Assembly (NCBI GenBank): GCA_018240625.1
Contig: JAFEFK010000895.1
Span: 1-38,291 of the forward strand
Reading direction: 5' to 3'
Source of the DNA: Pseudomonadota bacterium
Lineage (GTDB): Bacteria > Pseudomonadota > Alphaproteobacteria > Rhizobiales > Xanthobacteraceae
Length of the DNA: 38,291 bases
Shown: piece after piece, positions 9,941-20,268 of the stretch
Layout: every line of letters starts with the position of its first letter
Position numbering within the stretch: position 1 is the stretch's first letter
The notes under the pieces: model-generated
Told to the model about the DNA's origin: nothing
Database searches by the model: none
The model's input: only the letters and a program-made list of their open reading frames with translations
Program-made: the position numbers and the translations under genes

Positions 9941-11209
9941 ATGAAAACCAATCTTCCGCTCGATGGGGACCGCCTCTGGGCGGATGTGATGGCGCTGGCC
10001 GAGATCACCGATCCGGCACGACCCTATACCCGGCGCTCGTTCACGCCATTGTTTCGCGAAGGCCGCGCGTGGCTTGCCCGGCGCTTTGCCGACGCGGGGT
10101 TGACGACCCGGATCGATACGGCCGGAAATCTGATCGGACGGCTCGAGGGCACCAATCCGGCGCTCGGCGTCATCGCAGTGGGATCGCACAGCGACACGGT
10201 CCCCTCAGGAGGCCGTTTCGATGGCGTCGCCGGGATCGCGACCGGGCTCGAGATCGTCCGTGCGTTGCGTCAGTCGGGAACGCGGCTCAGTCACACCCTC
10301 GAGATCATCGATTTCCTCGCCGAAGAGCCCAGCGAATACGGCCTGTCTTGCGTCGGTAGCCGAGGCATGACCGGCTCGCTCGACGGCAAGATGCTCGATT
10401 TCACGGAGCCGGCAGGCGAATCGCTGCGGGATGCGTTGCGCCGCGTCGGCGGCGATCCCGACCGGCTTGCCGAGGCCCGGCGCGGGGATATCCAGGCGTT
10501 CCTGGAATTGCACATCGAGCAGGGCATCGTGCTGGAGTCGCGGTCGCTCGATGTCGGAATCGTCACGTCGATCGCCGGCATTCGCCGGATCGAGGTGGTC
10601 TTTCAAGGTGAGGCCGATCATGCCGGCACGACGCCGATCGATCTGCGTCACGATGCGCTTGTGGCGGCAGCCAACACAGTCGCGACCGTCCGCCGCCTCG
10701 CCGAACAACTCGCCGTCGAGGGGGCGGATTATTTCGTCGCGACCGTCGGTATCCTGACCGTCGAACCCTCGGCGTCCAACATCGTGCCGGGCCGGTGCCG
10801 GCTGATCATCGATGCCCGGACAACGAACGCGGCCCTGACTAAGCAGTTTGTGGAGACTATTGATCGTGAAAGCGCGGCGCATGCAGAAGCGGCGCGCGTA
10901 AGCCGAACCTCGTTCGAAACGCTGTCGGATGGACCGCCGGTCGCCTGTGACACGGATTTGCGCGCGGCGTTACGGCAGGGCGCGCGGGATCTCGGCCTTA
11001 GCGAGATGGACCTGCCGAGCGGCGCCGGCCACGATGCCGCGTTCATGAGTCGCATCTGCCGATCCGCGATGGTGTTCGTTCCTTGCCGCAAAGGTAAAAG
11101 TCACGCTCCCGAGGAATGGGCAGACAGGGAAGCGCTCGCCACCGGTGCCGCAGTCATCTATCAGGCGGTCAGGGCGCTCGACCAGTCGCTGCCGCAAGCT
11201 GCACGCTAG
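9941..11209 (+). CDS. M20-family Zn amidohydrolase (N-carbamoyl-L-amino-acid/allantoate amidohydrolase type)
   Basis: GSHSDTVPSGGRFDGVAG, AEEPSEYG..CVGSR, FLELHIEQG, DHAGTTP, SGAGHDA, GKSHAPEE; start ATG 9941. Confidence 0.9.
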   Translation: MKTNLPLDGDRLWADVMALAEITDPARPYTRRSFTPLFREGRAWLARRFADAGLTTRIDTAGNLIGRLEGTNPALGVIAVGSHSDTVPSGGRFDGVAGIATGLEIVRALRQSGTRLSHTLEIIDFLAEEPSEYGLSCVGSRGMTGSLDGKMLDFTEPAGESLRDALRRVGGDPDRLAEARRGDIQAFLELHIEQGIVLESRSLDVGIVTSIAGIRRIEVVFQGEADHAGTTPIDLRHDALVAAANTVATVRRLAEQLAVEGADYFVATVGILTVEPSASNIVPGRCRLIIDARTTNAALTKQFVETIDRESAAHAEAARVSRTSFETLSDGPPVACDTDLRAALRQGARDLGLSEMDLPSGAGHDAAFMSRICRSAMVFVPCRKGKSHAPEEWADREALATGAAVIYQAVRALDQSLPQAAR

Positions 11210-11233
11210 ACAAGTTTTCCAGCACCGCGGGCG

Positions 11234-13084
11234 TCAGGTGGTGTGACGCGGCTCGGACAATTTCCTGCGTAACGAATTGACCAGTTCGCGCTCCGATGCG
11301 CTCAACATGCGTTCACCCGAATAGATCACGAACAGCCGCCGGGAAACCGCTGGCTCGACGATCGGATGTGCGACCAGATCGCCGGCAGCGATTTCACGTT
11401 CCACCGCCGACGGCGGCAGCACCGCGCAGATCGGCAAGCGGCCGAGCATGGTGACCGCCATCGTCAGTGCATCGATCTCCATATAGGGCCGCAGCCTGAT
11501 GTCATGCTGTTCGGCCGCCGCATCCAGCAGTTGCCGCAATCCGAAGCGGTTTGTCGGCAACGCGAGCGGCAGGCGAGCCAGATTGGCGAGCGTCACCGGA
11601 CCAGGTGGAAGCATTTTGTGACGGGAGTGGGCGATGGCGGCGAGCCGCTCGGACGAGCCGAGCGGCAGACGCGGCATTTGCGGAAGGATGGTTTCCACGA
11701 TCGCCACGCCGACCAGGCCGCGGATCACCCAATCCTGCAGCGTTCCGTTCGGTGCTTCCCGGATCATGAGTTTGAGCGATGGGTGACGTTCCTGGACGTC
11801 CAGGATCGCCTCGGTGATCTGATTAACCAGGAATCCGTGCTGATTGACCGAGGGCAGGATGCCGACGGCGATCCTGCGGCTTTGAGGTGACGCCGCGCCA
11901 TCGTCACCGCTGGAAAGCCGCCGGAAGCCGGCGTCGATCAGGCGCGACATCCGGTCAAACCGTTCGCCTCTGTCCGTCGGAATCATGCCGTCGCTCCGCC
12001 GTTCGAAAAGCGCGCCGCCGAGGGATGTTTCCAGCTTGTGGATCTGTTCGCTCAAGGCTGGCTGGCTGATATTGGCCCCACGGGCCGCCGCCGATACGCG
12101 CCGCAGCCGTTGCAAGAGGTTGAAATAGCGAATTTGCCGGAGGCTGATGACCGGGCGTTCCGCGGGGACCAGTTGCTGGTCGGCCAGCGCATGCCGCAAT
12201 TTTCGCACGAATAGGGATGTTACGGCGTTCGGCTTCGCCGTGCGGGCCACGATCCGGGTGGCCAGCGGTTTGCTCGGCGCAATCACTGCGATGTTCGTCA
12301 GCCCGAGGCGCGGAGAGACCAAGCTGGCCGGTACAAATAAGGCGGCCTCCGGATAGTCGTCCATGATACGCGGCAGATCGCCCGGATGATCGTTGAGGAA
12401 CCGCACGCCGCTGATCTTGTGCTGGCTGAAATAGCGTTCCGCCTGTTCGATCAGAGGTGACGACAATAGCGGCACGACGAGACGGCCCGTCGCCAGATCG
12501 GCGGCCGTGGGAAAACTGCGCGTTCCGGCCGGCATGCGGCAGGCGAACACCCAGCGGTCCCTCAACAAGATTGTGGCACGCTTGGAAGCTTCCGCGCTCT
12601 CGGAGTCGAGTGCAATCTCGATGCGACTGGATTCAGTGTCATGCCAGTCGTCGGCAACGCTACCGGGATGGGGAGCATCCTTTTCGTCGGCCCATACTGC
12701 GCCGACAAAAACATCGGAACGCGCGGCACCCATCTGATCGATGGCGTGCCTGACTGCCTTGCTCAATCCGCCAATTGTGAAACTTAGACCGATCTCGACG
12801 GTCAACCGCTTCAGCGAGGCTCTCGTCGGCGCTGCGGTCCATCGTCGGGCGAACAACTCAGCCGTCAGCAGCGGATCCGTGCTGCGTATCAGTGCGCGCG
12901 CGGCCTCGGTCGGATAAAGATTGTTCTTGATCCGCCGGAACAGCGAAGTGCCGACCTCGCGCTCGAGCGCCTTCATCGTGGTGCTGAGCGTCGAGACGGC
13001 AATGCCGAGATCGTCGGCGGCTTGCGCAAAGCTGCTGGACCGGCACACGGTCGCGAAGTAGGCGAGGCTGCGCAATTCAATCAT
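11234..13084 (-). CDS. Tandem double LysR-family regulator (two HTH plus two effector domains, 616 aa)
   Basis: HTH1 ELRSLAYF..SSFAQAADDLGIAVSTLSTTMKALEREVGTSLFRR; HTH2 near aa 315 SLRQIRYF..VSAAARGANISQPALSEQIHKLETSLGGALFER; typical LysR substrate-binding C-terminus. Confidence 0.88.
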   Translation of the reverse strand: MIELRSLAYFATVCRSSSFAQAADDLGIAVSTLSTTMKALEREVGTSLFRRIKNNLYPTEAARALIRSTDPLLTAELFARRWTAAPTRASLKRLTVEIGLSFTIGGLSKAVRHAIDQMGAARSDVFVGAVWADEKDAPHPGSVADDWHDTESSRIEIALDSESAEASKRATILLRDRWVFACRMPAGTRSFPTAADLATGRLVVPLLSSPLIEQAERYFSQHKISGVRFLNDHPGDLPRIMDDYPEAALFVPASLVSPRLGLTNIAVIAPSKPLATRIVARTAKPNAVTSLFVRKLRHALADQQLVPAERPVISLRQIRYFNLLQRLRRVSAAARGANISQPALSEQIHKLETSLGGALFERRSDGMIPTDRGERFDRMSRLIDAGFRRLSSGDDGAASPQSRRIAVGILPSVNQHGFLVNQITEAILDVQERHPSLKLMIREAPNGTLQDWVIRGLVGVAIVETILPQMPRLPLGSSERLAAIAHSRHKMLPPGPVTLANLARLPLALPTNRFGLRQLLDAAAEQHDIRLRPYMEIDALTMAVTMLGRLPICAVLPPSAVEREIAAGDLVAHPIVEPAVSRRLFVIYSGERMLSASERELVNSLRRKLSEPRHTT

Positions 13085-13142
13085 CGGATCCTGCGAGGTT
13101 TACGGGGCGACCATAGGACTTGCGCCGCTCAGCGTCACCTGC

Positions 13143-13169
13143 TTTCGTTTTTTCCTATGGACTGGTTCG
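13143..13169 (+). promoter_or_regulatory. Putative LysR-type operator between lysR and ubiD
   Basis: TTTCGTTTTTTCCTAT-N7-TTCG (T-N11-A core) in the divergent intergenic region; same motif as 8420-8447. Confidence 0.6.
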
Positions 13170-13279
13170 TCTGAAGCGGACGTGGACCGCGCAGCGAGGG
13201 TCGATATGATCCTCGTGCATAATTCGCATCCCGATTGCCGAATCCGGATGCCTATAACGGGTTGCGAGGGCAGGCAGAC

Positions 13280-14683
13280 GTGAACGGCATGGACGCCATC
13301 TCGAGCGAGATCGGACATTCCCCGCAATCGATGCGTGCGTTTCTGTCTGCGCTGCGCGCCGCCGGTGAATTGGTGTCGATCGCGCAACCCGTCAGGCTGG
13401 ACTATGAAATCGCGGCCTGCCTCGCGGAAATCGATCGCGGTCCCGCATTGCATTTCACCAATGTCGGGGGATCGTCGGGAGCGATCCCGATGCCGGTCGT
13501 CGGCAACCTGCTCAATTCGCTGCTACGTTTTGCCGCAGCTTTGAACACCACGATCGAACAGATGCAGGCAGCGCTGCTTGCGGCGATCGAAAAGCCGTTG
13601 CCGCATCGCGTGCTATCGTCTGGGCCATGTCAGGATGTGGTCGTCAAAAATCCGGCATTGACGGACGAACTTCCGATCCCGCGCTTTTTTGAGAAAGAGG
13701 GTGGTCCCTACATCACCGCCGGTTGCATTGTCGCAAGAGACAAGGTCAGCGGCCACACCAACTTGTCGATTGCGCGGCTGATGCCGCTCGGCGGAAGCCG
13801 CGCCTTTGTAGGTATCGCCCCCAACCATCATCTTGCGATTCTGGCGCGCGCGGCGCAGGCACGCGGTGAAAAGCTGGATATTGCGGTCTGCATCGGAAAT
13901 CACCCGGCAGTTCTGCTGGCGGCCTGCCTTTATCTCGGGCTCGGTGAGGATGAATTGCCGGTCGCGGGTGGGCTGCTCGGTGAATCGCTCGACGTCGTCC
14001 GCACGGACTCCGATCTGCTGGTGCCGGCGCACTGCGAATGCGTTCTGGAAGGTGTGCTCGACGCGGGCGAACTCTTCATGGAGGGGCCGGTCAGCGAATT
14101 CCACGGCATGTATGAAAATTACGGCACCGGTATCGTCGCGACGTTTTCCCGGTTGACGCGGCGTCGCGATGCGCTCTTCCAGGTTATTCTGCCGGGCTAT
14201 CATCCCGAGCATTGCTTGCTCGGTGGTGTCGCGATCGCCGCCGGTCTTATGCGTGCGATCCGCGGCGCGGTGCCGTCGGTTGCAAGCATCGCGGTCGGTG
14301 TAGGCGGCGCTGGCCGGCTCCACGCGGTCGTTGCGCTGCGGACACCGCGCGCCGGCGAGGCGCAAAAGGCCATGTTCGCGGTCTGGGCCGCCGTCAACCT
14401 GATCAAGCAGGTGACTGTCGTCGATGACGACATCGATCCCTGGGATCCTGTTCAGGTCGAGTGGGCGCGCGCGACGCGGAGCAAGCCGGAGCGCGATTTC
14501 ATCATCGTTCCCGGCGTGCGGGCGGATCGTTCCGAGCCGCTCGATCAGAACGGCACCATCGGCAAGCTCGGAATCGATGCGATCCGCAAGCCGGAGGATC
14601 GCCCGGATTGGGAACTTGCCCAACCGCCACAAACGGCGCGCATGCGTGCGTGCGAAATATTAAGCGAGAACCAACTCGCATAG
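13280..14683 (+). CDS. UbiD-family prFMN-dependent (de)carboxylase, probably a heteroaromatic-acid type
   Basis: PVVGNL, LPIP....EGGPYITAG, NLSIARL, EGPVSEFHG (ExxxxE acid motif), VVDDDIDP...VEWA.ATR, KLGIDA. Start GTG 13280 (GAGGG RBS) or ATG 13289. Confidence 0.9.
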   Translation: MNGMDAISSEIGHSPQSMRAFLSALRAAGELVSIAQPVRLDYEIAACLAEIDRGPALHFTNVGGSSGAIPMPVVGNLLNSLLRFAAALNTTIEQMQAALLAAIEKPLPHRVLSSGPCQDVVVKNPALTDELPIPRFFEKEGGPYITAGCIVARDKVSGHTNLSIARLMPLGGSRAFVGIAPNHHLAILARAAQARGEKLDIAVCIGNHPAVLLAACLYLGLGEDELPVAGGLLGESLDVVRTDSDLLVPAHCECVLEGVLDAGELFMEGPVSEFHGMYENYGTGIVATFSRLTRRRDALFQVILPGYHPEHCLLGGVAIAAGLMRAIRGAVPSVASIAVGVGGAGRLHAVVALRTPRAGEAQKAMFAVWAAVNLIKQVTVVDDDIDPWDPVQVEWARATRSKPERDFIIVPGVRADRSEPLDQNGTIGKLGIDAIRKPEDRPDWELAQPPQTARMRACEILSENQLA

Positions 14684-14708
14684 GCCGTGACGAGATAACG
14701 ATCTTTCA

Positions 14709-15905
14709 ATGGAGAGCGCCATGTTGAAGCAAACCATCAAAATGCCGAACCCCCGCAGAAAATTGTCACTCGGATTCGCCAGCGCCCTGATGCTCGGGGT
14801 CGCGACCATGATGCCCGCGCATGCCGACATCAAGATCGGTTTCCAGGTGCCGCTGACGGGCCCTGCCGCCACCGACGGCAAGTCGGCCCAGATCGCGGGA
14901 GTCATGGCGGTCGAGGACATCAATGCTGCGGGCGGTGTGCTCGGCCAAAAAATCGAGCTCGTGACTTACGACGATCAGGCTAAGTCCGATCAGGCGATCT
15001 TCACCGCCAACAAGCTGATCGGCGAGGACGGCGTCAAGCTGGTGGTCAACGGCAGCTATTCAGCGTCGGGCCGTGCCGCCGCGCCGGTGTTTCAGAAGGC
15101 GGGTGTCGTCATGATCTCGGCTTATGGCGTGCATCCGGACATCACCAAGGCCGGCGATTACATGTTCCGTCTTGTTCATCTCGGTCCGCAGCAGGGCGCG
15201 GCGACCGCGCTCTATATTGGCAAGAATCTCGGATTGAAGAAGATATCCACCATCACGATGGACAACGACTACGGCCAGGCGACGATGAACGGCTTCATCG
15301 AGGCTTCCGGCAAATACGGCATCACCGTTGTCAACAAGTACAGCTATTCGCTCAAGGACCGTCAGTTCGGCTCGATCGTGGCGAGCGTGAAGCGCGATAA
15401 TCCCGACGCGGTATACGCGACCGGTTACTTCTTCACCGGCGGTCCGCTGGTCTCCCAGTTGCGCGCCGCTGGGATCACCGTGCCGATCATCGGTTCGCAA
15501 GCCTTCGATTCCGAGAAGTTCATCGAGATCGCCGGGCCGGCTGCCGAAGGCGTTTACATCATGGACAGCTTCGACCGCGATCGGAAGGACGAAACCCTCC
15601 AGCACTTCTTCACGGAATTCAAGAAGCGAGCCGGCTATGCGCCCGAAGGCGTCGCGGCGATCACCTATTCTGCGGTCAAGCTGATGGCGGACGGAATCAA
15701 GCGCGCCAACAGCACGGATCCGGCCAAGGTGCGCGATGCGCTGGCGGCAACCAAGAATTTCCCGATGCTCGAAGGGACGCTCAACGGCTTCAACAGCCTG
15801 CATGAGATGATCATGCCGATCAGCGTCAACGTCATCAAGGACGGCAAGTTCAAGCCTGCCGGCGTCCTCACCGATCTCTCCGCGTTCGCGCCGCCCGAGA
15901 AATAA
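14709..15905 (+). CDS. Branched-chain-amino-acid-type (Liv) ABC transporter substrate-binding protein
   Basis: Signal peptide ending PAHA-D; IKIGFQVPLTGPAA, EDINAAGGVLGQKIELV.YDD, NDYG. Start could be 14721 or 14742. Confidence 0.9.
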   Translation: MESAMLKQTIKMPNPRRKLSLGFASALMLGVATMMPAHADIKIGFQVPLTGPAATDGKSAQIAGVMAVEDINAAGGVLGQKIELVTYDDQAKSDQAIFTANKLIGEDGVKLVVNGSYSASGRAAAPVFQKAGVVMISAYGVHPDITKAGDYMFRLVHLGPQQGAATALYIGKNLGLKKISTITMDNDYGQATMNGFIEASGKYGITVVNKYSYSLKDRQFGSIVASVKRDNPDAVYATGYFFTGGPLVSQLRAAGITVPIIGSQAFDSEKFIEIAGPAAEGVYIMDSFDRDRKDETLQHFFTEFKKRAGYAPEGVAAITYSAVKLMADGIKRANSTDPAKVRDALAATKNFPMLEGTLNGFNSLHEMIMPISVNVIKDGKFKPAGVLTDLSAFAPPEK

Positions 15906-15969
15906 GCCATGAGGGAAACGGAGAATGGGCGGCGGCAATGGCGCGTCGCCCACGGCAGAGGATGACGCG

Positions 15970-16839
15970 GTGTACTACTTCGATCTGGCCGTAACCGGTA
16001 TCAGCTTCGGCTGCATGTATGCCATGATGTCGGTGGGCCTGACCCTTGTGTATGGCCTGCTGCGCATTTTGCACGTGGCTCATGCCGCAGTATTCACGCT
16101 CGGCGCCTATGTCACGGTTCTCGTGGCGAACGCCACGGGCAGCATATTGCTAGGCTTTCTGGCGGCGATGATCGTCACACCGCTGTTTGGAATGGCGATC
16201 TATCGCGTCATGTACGAGCCTCTGCTGAAATACCGCCCGGATGTGCCGATGATCGCCTCGATTGGGCTGCTGATTTTCATGCAGGACGCGTTCCGTATCG
16301 TCTTCGGCGAGCAAGGCATCACCTTTCACAGAAACGCCTTCGCGTTTACGACTTTCAACGTCTTCGGCGTCACCGTCAGCGCGGTGCAGATCGCGACGAT
16401 CATCGCCGCGGCGGTCGTCTTTACCGCGCTGCATCTATTCACAACGCGAACCAGAATCGGAATCGGCTGGCGGGCGACGGTGTCGAAGCCGCAAATTGCC
16501 GCGAGCTTCGGCATCGATCCGATCAAGGTTCGTTATCTGAACTTTGCCGTCGGATCGGTGCTCGCCGCCATCGCGGGCGGTCTGGTCGCGGAAATGAACA
16601 ATCTGGTCGATCCCGGCATCGGTTTCGTCGTCAGCTATAAGGCATTGGCCATCATCGTTCTCGGCGGCCTCGGTAGCGTGCGCGGCACCCTGATCGCAAG
16701 CCTTGTGCTCGGTCTTGTCGAGGCCTACGGCACGATCTTCATCGGCGCGTGGCTTGATCGCGACGCCATCGCCTTCCTCGCACTCATCGTCTTGCTCATG
16801 ATCCGCCCGCAAGGCTTCACCGGAGCGCGGACGGCATGA
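15970..16839 (+). CDS. Liv-type ABC permease (LivH-like)
   Basis: GCMYAMMSVGLTLVYG..ILHVAH, TRIGIGWRA, IIVLGGLGS; GTG 15970 preceded by GAGGA. Confidence 0.9.
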   Translation: MYYFDLAVTGISFGCMYAMMSVGLTLVYGLLRILHVAHAAVFTLGAYVTVLVANATGSILLGFLAAMIVTPLFGMAIYRVMYEPLLKYRPDVPMIASIGLLIFMQDAFRIVFGEQGITFHRNAFAFTTFNVFGVTVSAVQIATIIAAAVVFTALHLFTTRTRIGIGWRATVSKPQIAASFGIDPIKVRYLNFAVGSVLAAIAGGLVAEMNNLVDPGIGFVVSYKALAIIVLGGLGSVRGTLIASLVLGLVEAYGTIFIGAWLDRDAIAFLALIVLLMIRPQGFTGARTA

Positions 16840-17684
16840 GCGCCTACGAAATTAGCATCATTTCCATCATCGGCATCAACGTGATCCTGGCGGTGAGCCT
16901 CAACATGATCAGCGGATTCTGCGGGCAGATCAGCATCGGGCACGGCGCCTTCTTCGGCACTGGCGCCTATGCCGCAGCTTTGACGATGGTTGGAACCGGA
17001 AGCGTTCCGCTGGCGATCCTTGCTGCGCTCGTCACCGGAAGTTTGCTCGGGCTTGCGGTCGGGTTCGCCTCGCTGCGTGTCCGAACGGACTTTCTGGCGG
17101 TTACCACGATCGGCGTGAACTTCCTGTTTGTCGGATTCGTCCGCAAGCAGGCCTGGCTCGGCGGCGAGATGGGGATCAGCGGCATTCCGGCGACCGGTTT
17201 CGGTCCTGTCGGCAACATGACGATGATCCTGCTGTTCGCGGCAGCGACCATCGCGCTCAGTCTTTACATCAGCCGGTCGTGGATGGGCTTTGCTTTCCGC
17301 GCCGTTGGAGAGGACGAGGGCACGGCCGCGACGCTCGGTATCAATGCCGGCGCCTACAAGCTTGCCGCTTTCGGCATCGGCACCGCGCTCGCCGGACTGG
17401 CCGGTTGCCTCTACACGTTCTTCACGCAGTTCATCGCCGCCGATGCTTTCGATTTCATCTTCTCGGTGATGCTGATGGCGATGGTCGTGATCGGTGGCAT
17501 CGGATCGACCTGGGGTGTGGCGGTCGCAGCCGTCGGGTTGACGCTGCTGCCTGAGGCGATCCGCTTCGTGAACGATTACCGGCTGCTCGTGTTCGGAGGG
17601 CTGCTGGTGCTGGTGATCCGCCTGGCGCCGAGCGGCCTTGCGGGCCTCGTTCAAAAAGCCTTTCTGGCGGTGAGGCGGTCATGA
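16836..17684 (+). CDS. Liv-type ABC permease (LivM-like)
   Basis: GFCGQISIGHGAFFG.GAY, LGGEMGISGIP, RAVGEDE..AATLGIN, MVVIGGIGS; ATGA overlap with the previous gene. Confidence 0.9.
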   Translation: MSAYEISIISIIGINVILAVSLNMISGFCGQISIGHGAFFGTGAYAAALTMVGTGSVPLAILAALVTGSLLGLAVGFASLRVRTDFLAVTTIGVNFLFVGFVRKQAWLGGEMGISGIPATGFGPVGNMTMILLFAAATIALSLYISRSWMGFAFRAVGEDEGTAATLGINAGAYKLAAFGIGTALAGLAGCLYTFFTQFIAADAFDFIFSVMLMAMVVIGGIGSTWGVAVAAVGLTLLPEAIRFVNDYRLLVFGGLLVLVIRLAPSGLAGLVQKAFLAVRRS

Positions 17685-18434
17685 GCGCAGCGCTTCAGCT
17701 CGATGATGTGGCGATCCGGTTCGGCGGTGTTCAGGCGGTCGGCGGCGTCTCCTTCAGTGTCGAAGAAGGCGATTTCGTCGGCCTGATCGGGCCGAATGGT
17801 GCCGGCAAGACGACGCTGATCAAGATCATTGCGGGTCTGCTGCGTCCGGACAAGGGCCGCGTGCAACTCTCGGGCGTTGAAGTGACGGCGGATGGAACCG
17901 CTGCGCGCGTCCGTCAGGGGCTTGCCTTGACCCACCAGATCGTCCGGCCGTTCCGCGAAATGACCGTGCTCGACAATGTGACGCTCGGTGCGGGCTATCG
18001 CCACACGTCATCGCCGTTCCGGGCCTTGATGCATCTCGACAGGCGCCGTGAATCCGAGCGCGCCGCCGAGATCATCGCGCAGGTCGGTCTGGCCGGAACG
18101 GAAAGAAAGCTCGCTGGTTCCTTACCGCTCGGCCAGATGAAGCGTCTGGAGGTTGCGCGCGCGCTTGCGGTCGAGCCGCGGGTGATTCTGCTCGACGAGC
18201 CGCTGGCAGGACTGAACCATACCGAGGCATCGAAGCAGGTCGAGGCGATCGCCGCGGTTCATGCACGCGGCATCACCGTGGTACTGGTCGAGCATAATCT
18301 CGAAGAGGTCATGCGAATCTGCCGGCGCCTGATCGTGCTGAACAATGGACTGGTAATTGGAGACGGCGAGCCGCGGGAAGTAATGGCCGATCCTGTCGTC
18401 CACGAGGCCTATATCGGCGGAGGGATGGCGAGCC

Positions 18435-18448
<14 letters not shown>
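17681..18448 (+). CDS. Liv-type ABC ATPase (LivG-like)
   Basis: Walker A GPNGAGKTT, LPLGQMKRLE, LLDEPLAG, VEH, EAYIG. Confidence 0.92.
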
Positions 18449-19145
<697 letters not shown>

Positions 19146-19186
19146 GCATTTTTGAAAATCCGCGTTGCGGGTGAAAGGGACTGACG

Positions 19187-20254
19187 ATGGCGCGAATGCT
19201 GACGGCGGACGATGTGGAAGCGGGACTGGTCGGCGGATTGTTTCTGTCGGCTGGCGGCAGCGGCCGGAACGCGGTCGTCAAGAATCGCGGTCTCGGCCAG
19301 ATGGCGCTGGACTACGGCGGCGTGCGCCTGGTTGCGCTCGACGAACTGAATCCCGACGATACGGTCATCACCGCGACGGCGGTTGGCGCGCCCGGGTTTG
19401 CCAATTGGGCGATCCGGCCGCGCGATTCCATCAACGCAGCGCGGCGCCTGATCGAAAAACTGCCGAAGCCGCCGGTCGGCGTGATCTGCGGACATGTGCC
19501 CGGCTTCAATGCATGGCTGGTGGCGTCTGCGCTCGGGCTTGACTACATCGATGCCGCGTCGAACGGACGCGGGCATCCGACCGTCAAGATGGGCGGCATG
19601 GGGCTGGCGTCGCGGCTCGACTTGTCCATCACGCAGATCGGTTGCAGCGGCAGCAATGTCGAGCAGAATGAATTTTCCGTCATGGCTGAAGGCGACATCG
19701 TCCGCACCTCCAACGCGATGCGTCAGGCGGCGGTGATCAACGGCGGATTGATCTATGCGGCACGCGGTCCGTTGAGCGCCGGTTTCATCAAGGAGAATGG
19801 CGCGGCGGGCGCCATCACCTTCCAGCTCGATCTCGGCCGCGCGATGCTCGCGGCCAACGGACCGGACCGCGTTCGGGCGACGGTTGAGTTCCTGGGCGGC
19901 GAGTTGCTGGTCGAAGGGGAGGTCACGGCCAACAGCGTGGCCTACGGCGGCGGCTTCGATCTCGGCCAGATGACGGTGCGCGGCACGACCGGCGAGGCGA
20001 TCCTCGGGGTCTATAACGAGTTCATGACCGCAGACTTCGCGGGCAAGCGGGTCGCGACGTTCCCCGACATGATCGGGACGCTCGATCCGCAGACCGGCGA
20101 GGTCGTGTCGATTTCGGAATCGAAGCCCGGCAGCCGCGTCGCCGTCATCATCGCGCATCGGTCGAAATTTCCCGTGGGCAAGGGCGCGCTGGATCCGGCG
20201 GTCTTCCCCGAGGTCGAGAAGGCCATGGGCGTCGATATGCGATCTTATCTTTGA
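19187..20254 (+). CDS. DUF917-family protein (thiohydantoin desulfurase-like)
   Basis: N-terminal LTADDVEAGLVGGLFLSAGGSG, TAVGAPG, DAASNGRGHPT, GGFDLG, YNEFM, ATFPDMI match the DUF917 pattern as I recall it; 355 aa; same operon as a urocanase paralog. Confidence 0.78.
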   Translation: MARMLTADDVEAGLVGGLFLSAGGSGRNAVVKNRGLGQMALDYGGVRLVALDELNPDDTVITATAVGAPGFANWAIRPRDSINAARRLIEKLPKPPVGVICGHVPGFNAWLVASALGLDYIDAASNGRGHPTVKMGGMGLASRLDLSITQIGCSGSNVEQNEFSVMAEGDIVRTSNAMRQAAVINGGLIYAARGPLSAGFIKENGAAGAITFQLDLGRAMLAANGPDRVRATVEFLGGELLVEGEVTANSVAYGGGFDLGQMTVRGTTGEAILGVYNEFMTADFAGKRVATFPDMIGTLDPQTGEVVSISESKPGSRVAVIIAHRSKFPVGKGALDPAVFPEVEKAMGVDMRSYL

Positions 20255-20268
20255 GAGGGCGAACCGCC

